Below, in pieces: positions 1 to 64,000 of a DNA stretch of 64,000 nt (position 1 is its first letter; the number at the start of each line of letters is the position of its first letter). The stretch is from Macrostomum lignano (lineage: Eukaryota), in the NCBI GenBank assembly GCA_002269645.1, contig NIVC01002579.1, positions 96,420-160,419 of the forward strand, written 5' to 3'. The translations under genes were made by a program, and so were the position numbers. The notes beneath the pieces are model-generated. The model made no database searches and was not told the DNA's origin. It saw only the letters and a program-made list of their open reading frames with translations.

Positions 1-56
1 ATACGGAGTATTTTGTGATTGTATGACACCCCCCTATGCGTCAGTGACTGACACAG

Positions 57-611
57 GATATGGCGCTGTGTCTGCGTCAAATGTGTCAAGCCATCAACGT
101 AGACCAACACAATAGTCAGTAAGGCTTCTTTTTCCTGACAGGTTTCTATGCTCGTACATTCAATTTGCTTGATTGAAAGACTCATAGTGAAAAAAAAACA
201 TTCAAACGGGTCGCTAATTTCATAAGACCGAAATTTCACAACGCCAAAAATTCTGCATGCAATACAATCCTTATTGTAAAGTTTTCTACAATGTGAAATT
301 TTGGTCTTATGAAGTTTCAGTCTTGTGAAGTATGGTGTTTCGGCGTTGTGAAATTTGGGTCTTATGAACCCCCCCATTCAAATTTGTGTTGTGTTTGAAA
401 TAATACATTAAAATAAGCAGTTTTATGGTAAAAAAGCATAGACAGAGTTTCAATCAGCTTTCTGTGAATATTTTCTTATTTAAATGGCAAAAATTTAGTT
501 AAAAATGCTTTTTTTCTCCCCAGGGTCCCCGGTCTAATTCCCAGGGGAGTATTCCCTGACAAGCTCCCCAGTGCGCCGCGACCTGGCCACAGCCGCGCCG
601 CACCAACCTGA
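57..611 (+). CDS. 3' end (last two exons, 57-118 and 524-611) of an unidentified gene entering from the left
   Basis: Acceptor acacag|GAT at 57, donor CA|gtaagg at 118/119 (phase 2), strong acceptor tttttctccccag|G at 524. The frames join to give DMALCLRQMCQAINVDQHNSQVPGLIPRGVFPDKLPSAPRPGHSRAAPT* (TGA 609-611). No family recognised. Confidence 0.5.
208..375. mobile_element. small MITE-like inverted-repeat element
   Basis: 219-245 ttcataagaccgaaatttcacaacgcc is the reverse complement (26/27) of 342-368; a partial third copy lies at about 292-313. Confidence 0.55.
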
Positions 612-1159
612 AATTTAAAAAACACACCGAACACATGTCCATGAAAATGTCACTTTTTCTGTTAGGGAATTATTAACTTTAACTTTTAACTTTTCAGAAG
701 TTAAAGTTTGGGCAAAAGTTAAATAATTAACTAGTTACAATTAATTATTTTGGAGCAATTAAATTAACTTTTTAACTTTTAACGAGTTAAAAAAATTGAT
801 AAACTTGCCTAGCACTGGATATAATCTTTATTAGAATTCAGTCAGTCAGTTTTTTCTCTAGCATTTTTACAATTCACTTCAAGTCAAAATGTCTGTTTGA
901 CATATATAAAAAGGCATGTTTTTATATTTAATCCTTTTAGCAATGAGCAATAAGCAATTTCTTAGCCAAGAGATGTGTATTATTATTATTATGACTATTG
1001 ATGGTGACTCTGATTATCACAGTGAATAAGCTAAAGATGGCATCACTTATGGCTATGTCTTGCACAATTCAACCAAAAAGATGCCTCCCCTACCACCACT
1101 CCTGCATACATTTATATTTATGCTAGCTGGTTGAGCCCTGGGGTATTGCTATACTAGGC

Positions 1160-2022
1160 TAGGGATTCCAAAATCCCGACAATTTACAATCCCAGGATTG
1201 AAAAATCTTGAAATCCCAATGGTTTAAAATCCTGGGATCACTAATCCCAGAAAATCCCGACTGAGAGTAATCCCGGGATCCCGCTTCAAAGTTAAAAAAA
1301 ATCCTAGGATCCCGGGATCCCAATATCAAATGTATTGAAACATCTGTATCCAGCTTCCACCACAACCACAAAGTATAATTATGATATTTATAATGATAGC
1401 TAATGGTCCAAACTGGTATATTTATACAATAAACTTCTCTTTGCTTAGTTATTGTACAAGTAAAAATAGAAAATTGTTTAATAATAATAAATAATATTTA
1501 TCCATAAAAGATAATTGATAATAATTGATTACAACAATAATAACTTGCTTTAATATAGGTTATATAGCTAGCTAAGCTATGCAATATCAATGTAAATTAT
1601 CAAAGTGAATGTCATGTTTAATGCCACATTACAGTGTTAGACATCAGGCAACTGAGCCTGAGGAACATGTGAAATTAAATTACACCTTACAAAAACAAAA
1701 AAAAATTAAATTTCTGCTTAACAAACTGCTCTAACAAATTTTGCTACTTTTTATGTATGATTTTGATACAGACATGCAGGCTGCAGTAGTATTATTTCAT
1801 ATTTTTAAAGTAGAACCTTTTTTTCAAATTTTACACAATTAGTTGAAAAAAAGAGAATTAAAATCAGTTTGAATCCCAAAACAATCCCGGGATCCCAATC
1901 CTGCACTATTGTAATCCCAACCCAAGGATCATAAATCCTTAAATTTCAAGTCCCAAAAAATCCCAGGATTGAAATCCCATGTTTTGAGGCTAAATCCCGG
2001 GATCCCGTAATTGGAATGCCTA
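1160..2022. mobile_element. non-autonomous hAT-like DNA transposon
   Basis: TIR TAGGGATTCCAA (1160-1171) vs TTGGAATGCCTA (2011-2022), 11/12 match. Flanking 8-mers tactaggc / caccaggc match 6/8 (degenerate 8-bp TSD). Subterminal aatcccgggatccc repeats at both ends; AT-rich non-coding core. Confidence 0.65.
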
Positions 2023-2663
2023 CACCAGGCCCAGCTAGCCAAAATTACAATTGTCTTATAAAAGTTACAAAGTCAGGGTTGCAATTGGAAGGGGGAAAGA
2101 ATACAAACCGATTGGCTGGACCACCAGCCAATCACAGGGCGAGCGAAGGGGCACACTGGAGCTGCAGCCAGCCAAAGCCAGCTGGCCTAACAGACAGTGG
2201 GGTGGGTGCAACTGGAGGGGGGTTGACACAGACAGAATGGGGGGGGTTGACGCAGACAGAATGGGGGGGTTGACACAAACAGAATGGGGGTGGTTTCGTG
2301 CAGGCATGCGGCCGGGAGGGGTGGAAGTGCAGTGCCTGACACACTTGACTGAGAGCCAGAGATTGCTCATTGGTGCAAGTGCACCTGGGCACAACACTAC
2401 AGAATGTGACAACAACTACCATATTTCCGTAGTCGTAGTTGTAAGAGCAGCTATCTACCATAGGCATATCTGTAGTGTTGCCGTAGACACCTACCTATTT
2501 TTACCATATTTGCTGTAAGATCCTGTAGCCGTAGCCCATCTAGCCGTAGCTACAATGGAACACTAGTAATAATATTGTATAGAATAGTAGTTCTGTGTAC
2601 TTTAATTTACTTTAATACTTTAATAAAACAATTATTAATGAGAAATTTTGACTCAATGGATTC

Positions 2664-3266
2664 ATGCCTGCCACCACAGACAAGTCCAAGCTGCCGTCTG
2701 CGCCTGCGGCAGATGCTGATGATGTCAGCCGAAAACGGCGCCGAATTAACAGCAAAAAGCATAGTAGTGAGAGCAGCAATAACAACAACCCTAGCAACGG
2801 ATCTGGCGTCCATAGCAACGGTCTAGTAACCGGCTTGGATATCAACAGGCCCGACGAACCTGGCGGGTCCAAGTTCGCATTCGCCTTTGACTTCGGCGAG
2901 GACGATCTGGATTTGGACGCCGAAATTGTCGAATCTGCCGATGTTGAATTTCCCCAAACTGGCGGTCGGCTTGGAGAGGAGGAGGACAACGACGGGACAG
3001 CGGCGGCGACCGGTTGGCAGCGTCAGCTGCAGCGACCTCCGGCAGCCTCCAATGCCGAGTTCCATCCTCTGCGTGCCGGGGTGCAGCTCGGCCTGGACTT
3101 CTTCGCCGCCCGGCCCAAGCTGGACGATGACGGCGAGTTTCTGGACGCCTGGCGTCAGGATCGGGACTTCATCAAGGCCGATGTGGCGCGCGCCGCCAAG
3201 CGGGCCGCCTCCGCGAAAAAGTTGACTGGGGCGTCGGGAGGGCCCAAATCTGGGCTAAAGGGATGA
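2664..3266 (+). CDS. hypothetical 200-aa intronless protein (basic N-terminal cluster, acidic middle, basic helical C-terminus)
   Basis: ATG 2664 to TGA 3266. GC3-rich codon usage like the DEPDC5/HYDIN exons, set in AT-rich flanks. SRKRRR is NLS-like. Confidence 0.65.
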   Translation: MPATTDKSKLPSAPAADADDVSRKRRRINSKKHSSESSNNNNPSNGSGVHSNGLVTGLDINRPDEPGGSKFAFAFDFGEDDLDLDAEIVESADVEFPQTGGRLGEEEDNDGTAAATGWQRQLQRPPAASNAEFHPLRAGVQLGLDFFAARPKLDDDGEFLDAWRQDRDFIKADVARAAKRAASAKKLTGASGGPKSGLKG

Positions 3267-3289
3267 GCCTTGCTTCAGGGGATTGGTGG

Positions 3290-3752
3290 TTACCCCACCC
3301 CATCCTCCATCTGGCCGCTACCCCACCCCATCCTCCATCTGGCCGCTACCCTATCCCTGATGCTCCATCTGGCTGCTACCCTATCCCTGATGCTCTATCT
3401 GGCTGCTACCCTATCCCTGATGCTCCATCTGGCCGCTACCCCATCCCTGATCCTCCATCTGGCCGCTACCCTATCCCTGATCCTCCATCTGGCCGCTACC
3501 CTATCTCTGATGCTCCATCTGGCCGCTACCCTATCCCTGATGCTCCATCTGGCTGCTACCCTATCCCTGATGCTCCATCTGGCTGCTACCCCATCCCTGA
3601 TCCTCCATCTGGCTGCTACCCCATCCCTGATCCTCCATCTGGCCGCTACCCCATCCCCGATGCTCCATCTGGCCGCTACCCCATCCCCGATGCTCCATCT
3701 GGCCGCTACCCCATCCCTGATGCTCCATCTGGCTGCTACCCCATCCCTGATT
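3290..3752. repeat. 30-bp minisatellite (ctaccccatccctgatgctccatctggccg), about 15 copies
   Basis: Direct inspection; begins just after the stop codon of the orphan ORF. Confidence 0.95.
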
Positions 3753-4019
3753 CTTCAAGGGATATATTTTATGCTGTATCTCCCATCAAACTTTATGCTT
3801 ACAGTTTGTACTGTCATTGAGAATTAGTGTGTGTGTGTGTATATATTGCACGTATGCAAATGCAAAACTGATCATTAATCATGTTGAAATATACACGCTG
3901 ATATTCAAAGCTAAACGCTATGAGACGGCATTTTTTGCATTTGATAACAGAAATATTAAAATGATTTCGATTTTTTTCATTTGAAATATTCAACTAATTA
4001 TATCTACTCCTGGATAGCC

Positions 4020-7000
4020 CTGACCCTTTGAACCAGACTCCTGATCACTCGTGACCCAGACTCCTGATCACTCGTGACCCAGACTCCTGATCACTCGTGA
4101 CCCAGACCCTTGATCACTCGTGACCCAGACCCTTGATCACTCGTGACCCAGACCCCTGATCACTCGTGACCCAGATTTCTGATAACACGTGACCCAGACC
4201 CTTGATCACTCGTGACCCAGACCCCTGATCACTCGTGACCCAGACTCCTGACCCTTCGTGACCCAGACTCCTGATCACTCGTGACCCAGACCCCTGATCA
4301 CTCGTGACCCAGACCCCTGATCACTCGTGACCCAGATTTCTGATAACACGTGACCCAGACCCCTGATCACTCGTGACCCAGATTTCTGATAACACGTGAC
4401 CCAGACCCCTGATCACTCGTGACCCAGACCCTTGATCACTCGTGACCCAGACCCCTGATCACTCGTGACCCAGATTTATGATCACTCGTGACCCAGACTC
4501 CTGATCACTCGTGACCCAGACCCTTGATCACTCGTGACCCAGACCCTTGATCACTCGTGACCCAGACCCCTGATCACTCGTGACCCAGACTCCTGACCCT
4601 TCGTGACCCAGACTCCTGATCACTCGTGACCCAGACCCCTGATCACTCGTGACCCAGACCCCTGATCACTCGTGACCCAGATTTCTGATAACACGTGACC
4701 CAGACCCCTGATCACTCGTGACCCAGACCCCTGATCACTCGTGACCCAGATTTCTGATAACACGTGACCCAGACCCTTGATCACTCGTGACCCAGACCCC
4801 TGATCACTCGTGACCCAGACTCCTGACCCTTCGTGACCCAGACTCCTGATCACTCGTGACCCAGACCCCTGATCACTCGTGACCCAGACCCCTGATCACT
4901 CGTGACCCAGATTTCTGATAACACGTGACCCAGACCCCTGATCACTCGTGACCCAGATTTCTGATAACACGTGACCCAGACCCCTGATCACTCGTGACCC
5001 AGACCCTTGATCACTCGTGACCCAGACCCCTGATCACTCGTGACCCAGATTTATGATCACTCGTGACCCAGACTCCTGATCACTCGTGACCCAGACCCTT
5101 GATCACTCGTGACCCAGACCCTTGATCACTCGTGACCCAGACCCCTGATCACTCGTGACCCAGACTCCTGACCCTTCGTGACCCAGACTCCTGATCACTC
5201 GTGACCCAGACCCCTGATCACTCGTGACCCAGACCCCTGATCACTCGTGACCCAGATTTCTGATAACACGTGACCCAGACCCCTGATCACTCGTGACCCA
5301 GACCCTTGATCACTCGTGACCCAGACCCCTGATCACTCGTGACCCAGATTTATGATCACTCGTGACCCAGACTCCTGATCACTCGTGACCCAGACCCTTG
5401 ATCACTCGTGACCCAGACCCTTGATCACTCGTGACCCAGACCCCTGATCACTCGTGACCCAGATTTCTGATAACACGTGACCCAGACCCTTGATCACTCG
5501 TGACCCAGACCCCTGATCACTCGTGACCCAGACTCCTGACCCTTCGTGACCCAGACTCCTGATCACTCGTGACCCAGACCCCTGATCACTCGTGACCCAG
5601 ACCCCTGATCATTCGTGACCCAGATTTCTGATAACACGTGACCCAGACCCCTGATCACTCGTGACCCAGATTTCTGATAACACGTGACCCAGACCCCTGA
5701 TCACTCGTGACCCAGACCCTTGATCACTCGTGACCCAGACCCCTGATCACTCGTGACCCAGATTTATGATCACTCGTGACCCAGACTCCTGATCACTCGT
5801 GACCCAGACCCTTGATCACTCGTGACCCAGATTTATGATCACTCGTGACCCAGACCCCTGATCACTCGTGACCCAGATTTATGATCACTCGTGACCCAGA
5901 CTCCTGATCACTCGTGACCCAGACCCTTGATCACTCGTGACCCAGACCCTTGATCACTCGTGACCCAGACCCCTGATCACTCGTGACCCAGATTTCTGAT
6001 AACACGTGACCCAGACCCTTGATCACTCGTGACCCAGACCCTTGATCACTCGTGACCCAGATTTATGATCACTCGTGACCCAGACCCCTGATCACTCGTG
6101 ACCCAGACCCCTGATCACTCGTGACCCAGATTTATGATCACTCGTGACCCAGACCCCTGATCACTCGTGACCCAGATTTATGATCACTCGTGACTCAGAC
6201 CCCTGATCACTCGTGACCCAGACCCTTGATCACTCGTGACCCAGACCCTTGATCACTCGTGACCCAGATTTATGATCACTCGTGACCCAGACCCTTGATC
6301 ACTCGTGACCTAGACCCCTGATCACTCGTGACCCAGATTTATGATCACTCGTGACCCAGACCCTTGATCACTCGTGACCCAGATTTATGATCACTCGTGA
6401 CCCAGACCCTTGATCACTCGTGACCCAGACCCTTGATCACTCGTGACCCAGATTTATGATCACTCGTGACCCAGATTTATGATCACTCGTGACCCAGACC
6501 CTTGATCACTCGTGACCCAGATTTATGATCACTCGTGACCCAGATTTATGATCACTCGTGACCCAGACCTCTGATCACTCGTGACCCAGATTTATGATCA
6601 CTCGTGACCCAGACCCTTGATCACTCGTGACCCAGACCCCTGATCACTCGTGACCCAGATTTATGAACACTCGTGACCCAGACCCTTGATCACTCGTGAC
6701 CTAGACCCCTGATCACTCGTGACCCAGACCCCTGATCACTCGTGACCCAGACCCCTGATCACTCGTGACCCAGACCCCTGATCACTCGTGACCCAGACCC
6801 CTGATCACTCGTGACCCAGATTTATGATCACTCGTGACCCAGACCCTTGATCACTCGTGACCCAGACCCCTGATCACTCGTGACCCAGATTTATGATCAC
6901 TCGTGACCCAGACCCTTGATCACTCGTGACCCAGACCCCTGATCACTCGTGACCCAGACCCTTGATCACTCGTGACCCAGACCCCTGATCACTCGTGACC

Positions 7001-7755
7001 CAGATTTCTAATAACACGTGACCCAGACCCTTGATCACTCGTAACCCAGACCCTTGATCACTCGTGACCCAGACCCCTGATCACTCGTGACCCAGACCCC
7101 TGATCACTCGTGACCCAGACCCCTGATCACTCGTGACCCAGACCCCTGATCACTCGTGACCCAGACCCCTGATCACTCGTGACCCAGACCCCTGATCACT
7201 CGTGACCCAGATTTCTAATAACACGTGACCCAGACCCTTGATCACTCGTAACCCAGACCCTTGATCACTCGTGACCCAGACCCCTGATCACTCGTGACCC
7301 AGACCCCTGATCACTCGTGACCCAGACCCCTGATCACTCGTGACCCAGACCCCTGATCACTCGTGACCCAGACCCCTGATCACTCGTGACCCAGACCCCT
7401 GATCACTCGTGACCCAGACCCCTGATCACTCGTGACCCAGACCCCTGATCACTTGTGACCCAGATTTCTAATAACACGTGACCCAGACCCTTGATCACTC
7501 GTGACCCAGACCCTTGATCACTCGTGACCCAGACCCCTGATCACTCGTGACCCAGACCCCTGATCACTCGTGACCCAGACCCCTGATCACTCGTGACCCA
7601 GACCCCAGATCACTCGTGACCCAGACCCCTGATCACTCGTGACCCAGACCCCTGATCACTCGTGACCCATATTTATGATCACTCGTGACCCAGACCCCTG
7701 ATCACTCGTGACCCATATTTATGATCACTCGTGACCCAGACCCCTGATCATTCCT
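4020..7755. repeat. 23-bp minisatellite (gacccagacccctgatcactcgt), about 160 copies with higher-order structure
   Basis: Direct inspection; variant units recur at exact multiples of 23 bp. Confidence 0.97.
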
Positions 7756-7854
7756 AGAAACCGAAGGACAAAATTGTCAATAAAAAATTTTCAGCTTCAC
7801 AAGTTTTTAATCGTTTAAAACTGCGATTTAATGTTTATTTGAATAGCCATAAAA

Positions 7855-23399
<15,545 letters not shown>

Positions 23400-23425
<26 letters not shown>

Positions 23426-24045
23426 GCTCAGTGTCTATGGCCCAGCCTGTTCTCCAGTGCAAGTGTTGGGGCCGGGACAGGTGCTGGGTGCAGGCCTGAG
23501 CTCAGTGTCTATGGCCCAGCCTGTTCTCCAGTGCAGGTGTTGGGGCTGGGACGGGTGTTGGGTGCAGGCCTGAGCTCAAGTGTCTATGGCCCAGCCTGTT
23601 CTCCAGTGCAAGTGTTGGGGCTGGGACAGGTGTTGGGTGCAGGCCTGAGCTCAGTGTCTATGGCCCAGCCTGTTCTCCAGTGCAGGTGTTGGGGCCAGGA
23701 CAGGTGCTGAGTGCAGGCCTGAGCTCGTGTCTATGGCCCAGCCTGTTCTCCAGTGCAGGTGTTGATGCCGGGACAGGTGCTGGGTGCAGGCCTGAGCTCA
23801 GTGTCTATGGCCCAGCCTGTTCTCCAGTGCAAGTGTTGGGGCCAGGACAGGTGTTGGGTGCAGGCCTGAGCTCAGTGTCTATGGCCCAGCCTGTTCTCCA
23901 GTGCAAGTGTTGGGGCCGGGACAGGTGCTGGGTGCAGGCCTGAGCTCAGTGTCTATGGCCCAGCCTGTTCTCCAGTGCAGGTGTTGGGGCTGGGACAGGT
24001 GTTGGGTGCAGGCCTGAGCTCAAGTGTCTATGGCCCAGCCTGTTG
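23400..24045. repeat. 74-bp tandem repeat (about 9 copies) whose unit contains the last codons and stop codon of DEPDC5
   Basis: Unit ggacaggtgctgggtgcaggccTGAgctcag...; the first copy is the coding end of the gene. Confidence 0.95.
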
Positions 24046-24071
24046 TTTAAGTTCGGGTGGTTTCTATGCCA

Positions 24072-24095
24072 AGAATAAAGAATAAAGAATAAATT
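24072..24095 (+). terminator. candidate DEPDC5 polyadenylation signals (AATAAA x3)
   Basis: aagaataaagaataaagaataaatt immediately downstream of the 3'UTR array. Confidence 0.5.
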
Positions 24096-25653
24096 CTAGA
24101 TTTTAGTATTTGGTATTAAGTTTTTATTCGAATTTAATATAAATAACATTAGATTTTATTGCGTGCCATGTGAACTGTTTTGCAATCCGTTGTTTTCAAT
24201 TTTCCTATCGAGTCTGTCAGCTTCCAAAGTGTTGCTTATTGCAACTCGAAATTAAATCAATATGTCGTCATATGAGTATTTTCCTATTTGACCCCATCCT
24301 TGCCATAACTTTGCTTAGAAAGTTTCATGTACTGTTGCATGCAGATGCGCTTCCCACTTGTCTTTGCAGTCATTGTCGTGATTGATTTCCTAGTTAAAAT
24401 CACCTGATATTTTTAGTTATATTATAATATGTAAAATACAGTGTAATGCATAGAATACTCGTATACCTGTAAATTCCTTAATTGACAATACGATAATTTT
24501 GTGATTTTGAAATCAATTTTAAAAAATTAAGCTTTGATTTGTTTTATTCAGTTTTTATTTATTCCAGGACTAAATCAGTTAATCTATATGCATACAGATC
24601 TACAGATCTACATGTATAAACTATGGATCACCACTACATGCATGGCAGCAACTTAGTCAGATTGTTGCCCATTATCCCGTATTTGTAAAATTCATGGCAC
24701 TTACACGTGTATGATTAGAAAAAAAACTATGATAAACTGTGACTGATGCAAAAAAAGCTGAGAACCGTGAGAATGAGAACAGACAAACTGCTTCACTTTT
24801 TACGGAATTTTGGACTGTTGTTAACCAAGGACACTCAAGTTGTACCGGAAAATATACTGTTAACTATTTTAACAAAGAATGAAGTAAGAAATTAGTTTAG
24901 AATCTAAACGAAATAAAATTTTAATTGAAATCTACTATTTTTTGTTTTTTAATTATAAATATCAAAATAAATATGTAGCATTTATAAATACATATCGTGC
25001 ATTAGCAACAAAATATTTTTAATGTTTAAAATCTTGAATGCTTAATGCTAATTTCACAAATTGCTTTCATCTAAGCAAAGACTTTCTTTCTGAGTCTGTT
25101 TTATGACTAGGAAAGAATATTGAAATACTTCTGCTGAAAAAAGGTAAATTATTTTAAACTCTCAGGCTTGATAGTATCAATATTCGTTGGCTGACTAGTG
25201 TTGAAGCCCTGATTTGTGGTAGTGTTGTCAGTGTGAACTTTAAATTGCTTTCAAAAATTTACATTCAGAGTGCATTGTACCCTAGAAGGAAGAAGTATTT
25301 ACTGATGTGATTTTTATCATATAGCATCAAAATTATTAAGGGGATAGCTATTTTATTTTGTTGTTAAAATAATCCTTAATTTTGTTTGCAATATATACAA
25401 TTATTATATGAATGTATTATAATTTACAATTCAAAGATTATTGGAAAAGTTAAATTACAATTATAAAACAAAGTTGGAATTGAAATTCTTTATTTTTGAA
25501 TTTTAAGTATTTTTGTTTAAAAATAGACAAATACATTATGTATGCATGCTTGTAATAATTTTAGTTTAAGTAACATGGTTTGTAGGCATAAAATTTCTGT
25601 CATCAACAAAAAAATTTAATGTCATAATATCTACTAAATTATTGTACAGAAAA

Positions 25654-61322
<35,669 letters not shown>

Positions 61323-61926
61323 GTGAGGATTTTGGATAAAATTGAAATTCTTCAGTTATTTTAATTCAAGCAACAATGGCTAGAAAACAAAACAAAAACT
61401 CCTACTTTCTAATTTTGACCAAAATAGTAGTAAAATGGGAAATCGGCGCCAAATTTATATTTTCTCGCGAAAAATCCTGCACGCAGTGTTCGCTTAGATT
61501 TGGGTTGCCGTTCTGACTGCACAGACAAGTAGAAACTAATATTTTGCCTAATCTTTCCTTTACAAAATTAATAAAAACTGAGTACAATTTAAATTGCACT
61601 TTTATAGCCGGCTCAACTGAGGAGAACAAAGACATGGAAGGTAAATTCTACAAGAATAAGTCTTGGTTATTGCAGTTTGCTCTCACACCGTCTGCTGTGC
61701 TGAAAAACAACCCATCCTCCTGCCCTGTCCTTATCCGCATTCCCCATTTTAAGAGATCTGTTGCCTATTTGCATTTCTTTTTTCATATTTGCAAGCATTG
61801 AACAGAAATTTTTTTCTAGTTTTTATTCTTTAATTTATTGCACTGGACAGAAAGCCAGACTGTATTGAATTTTAAATTCAGTGTATATCTCAGATGCTAA
61901 TGGCTAGACATGACTCGTATAAATTA

Positions 61927-62628
61927 TAACTAGATTGGCCACAGCACATTTGCGTGTAAGCTACTTTCAGTTCAGTAGTAAAGTTAAGCAGAAGCATTTT
62001 ATTGCATTTTATTGGCTCTTACCCACAGCTTAAACCATCCAACCGCGCCTTTCCACACTAACCTCACCCCGCCCCAATTTTTATTGCCTTTTTCTGCCTT
62101 CCAGCCTAAAGCTGCCCATGTACATTTCAGTGGACTGGCAAATGTACATTACTGCTGAAACAATTAGCAAGTTGTTTACTGTTAAACGGGGGTGGGAGCT
62201 GTAGCTACCCGCGGATCAGCCCTGGGAGGGGCTCTGCACTTCCAGGGGCCTAAGCCCGAGATACCCACTAGTTGGTTAGGCCCTAATTAGACCCTAACGT
62301 CGTGGGTAGGGCTGGGTGTGAACTGCCTACTAACCCAAGCCTATGGACTAAGGCACCGCCAACCCAAAGGTGGAATCAGGGACGTTGCTAGGACCGAGTC
62401 CACCCAGACCACCACCCAGCAGACAAGTCTTTGGGAGTGCGCGCGAAGAAAGGGTTTGAAAAGCTTAGCAAGTTGTTTACGCCTGCAAGCTTGGACTTCT
62501 TAAACTTATCAAAGTCATTTCAGCTGCTTTTATTTTTATAAAATAGCTTATGTATTCTTATTTGCTACTAAACTGAAAGTAAAAAGCTGTTTTACTAAGT
62601 ATATATGCCTAAGTGGCCCACTTAGTGA
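61927..62628. mobile_element. MITE, copy 2 (inverted relative to copy 1), interrupted by a 285-bp insertion
   Basis: Termini taactagattggcc / ggcccacttagtga; the body aligns by eye to the reverse complement of 51837-52257. Confidence 0.8.
62180..62464. mobile_element. 285-bp GC-rich insertion with a 16-bp TSD (SINE-like)
   Basis: ttagcaagttgtttac is duplicated at 62164-62179 and 62465-62480; the insert is absent from MITE copy 1 (empty site near 51990). Confidence 0.8.
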
Positions 62629-63609
62629 TTTTAGTATCTGTGGTGTACATTAGATGTACGTTTAACGTTCGTGTAATGTACATTGAGTGTAAATCTAACA
62701 CACGTAGAATGTACATTCAATCCGGGAGCAAATCCGGAGTACTAGAACAAAACAAAAAATAAGCCACGATGACTCATCCAAGGTTGCTGCTCAGCTAGCC
62801 CATTTGTTAGGACAGATAGTTCTACCAAAACACTCACACGTTGCAACTTTTTCTCTGTCGCTTTGCCTCGAATTGCACGACATTGCTTCTTCCTTAAAGA
62901 AAGAGGCTAAATTGGCATTTGAATAGTATCTGGATTTCCCCAGCATCTTTGCCTCATCCTTCATGTCAACTTGTCGGCACCGCTGCAAAATTTGCAGTTC
63001 TGTCCAGCCCTAGCAAAGCCCCGCCAAGGCGCAGCTCTCGCTCAGACCAGCAGCAGCAGAACACATCAGGCCAATCAGGCAGCGCTAAAAAGTCGCGCCA
63101 GCGAGCTACTTCCGGTGGAAGCACTGGAAGCGCTGGGGACGGAATTGGAGGCGGTGTTAGCCGATTGGAAGGGCTTGGTAAAAACAGCTATGAGTTAGAA
63201 AGCCTATTGGAATAGTCCTTGTAGCGTTTAGTAGAATCTCCTAAAAATTGTAGCGTTTTTTATTTTGCAACTAGCTACTTATAGTTAGCATCAGTAGTGT
63301 CTATCGAATCTGTGATTTATAGCGGCAGTATTCACAGAAAACTTCTGTTATCTACATAATCCTCAAAACCTTGAGACTAAAAAGAACTTTTTTATTTCCG
63401 AGCTCTTTGTTATTGATGCTAGCTTGAGCATCTGGTGAAATGCCCTCTGCTTTGCACTTTAAAACTGCTTTCCTACCCTATATGCAATTACGTACGTACG
63501 CTTGACTTTTCTTTTGGTAACGCAACAGCCTGCTTTTGCTTTTAAAACAGTATTACGTATTGCTTGTGCAATTTGACTGTCAAAGATCCTCATTATGAAA
63601 CACCAAAGA

Positions 63610-64000
63610 TCCTCAGTATGGGATCTCAAAGATCCTCAGAATGGGACGTCAAGGATCTTCAGTGTGGGACCTCAGAGATCCTCAGTATGGGACCTCAAAG
63701 ATCCTCAGTATGGGACCTCAAAGATCCTCAGAATGGGACGTCAAGGATCTTCAGTGTGGGACCTCAAAGATCCTCAGTATGGGACCTCAAAGATCCTCAG
63801 TATGGGACGCTCAGAGATCCTCAGTATGGGACCTCAAAGATCCTCAGTATGGGACCTCAAAGATCCTCAGTATGCAGGGACCTCAAAGATCCTTAGTATG
63901 GAATGCCAAAGATCCTCAGTGTGGGACCTCAAAGATCCTCAGTATGGGACCTCAAAGATCCTCAGTGTGGGACCTCAAAGATCCTCAGTATGGACCTCAA
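63610..64000. repeat. 23-bp minisatellite (gggacctcaaagatcctcagtat), running off the window end
   Basis: Direct inspection. Confidence 0.95.

Noticed and set aside
4020-7755. CRISPR-like appearance of regular repeats with internal palindromes
   Set aside because: Head-to-tail tandem units with no unique spacers, no cas genes, eukaryotic context.
62791-62988. 65-aa minus-strand ORF as a transposase fragment
   Set aside because: No recognisable motif; bounded by nearby stops.

Overview
Eukaryotic (metazoan) genomic DNA: GC3-rich exons, GT-AG introns, poly-Q/poly-A tracts, and introns filled with minisatellites. The style suggests a free-living flatworm such as Macrostomum, but that is an unverified inference. 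Contents 5'->3': (1) the two last exons of an unidentified + strand gene (57-611); (2) small non-autonomous DNA transposons; (3) an intronless orphan 200-aa ORF (2664-3266); (4) a 3.7-kb 23-bp minisatellite; (5) a complete 11-exon DEPDC5/IML1 (GATOR1 subunit) gene (7855-23425, about 1820 aa, all splice phases consistent); (6) an intronless ankyrin-repeat gene nested antisense in DEPDC5 intron 10 (21091-22002); (7) the 5' part of HYDIN (25654 to beyond the window end, about 27 exons traced), with one apparent 1-nt frameshift. Almost every intron carries its own tandem array. The HYDIN introns also hold MITEs and two TSD-flanked retroposon-like inserts. Most long ORFs in the supplied track are repeat translations, not genes. 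All alignments to human proteins are from memory, not computed.
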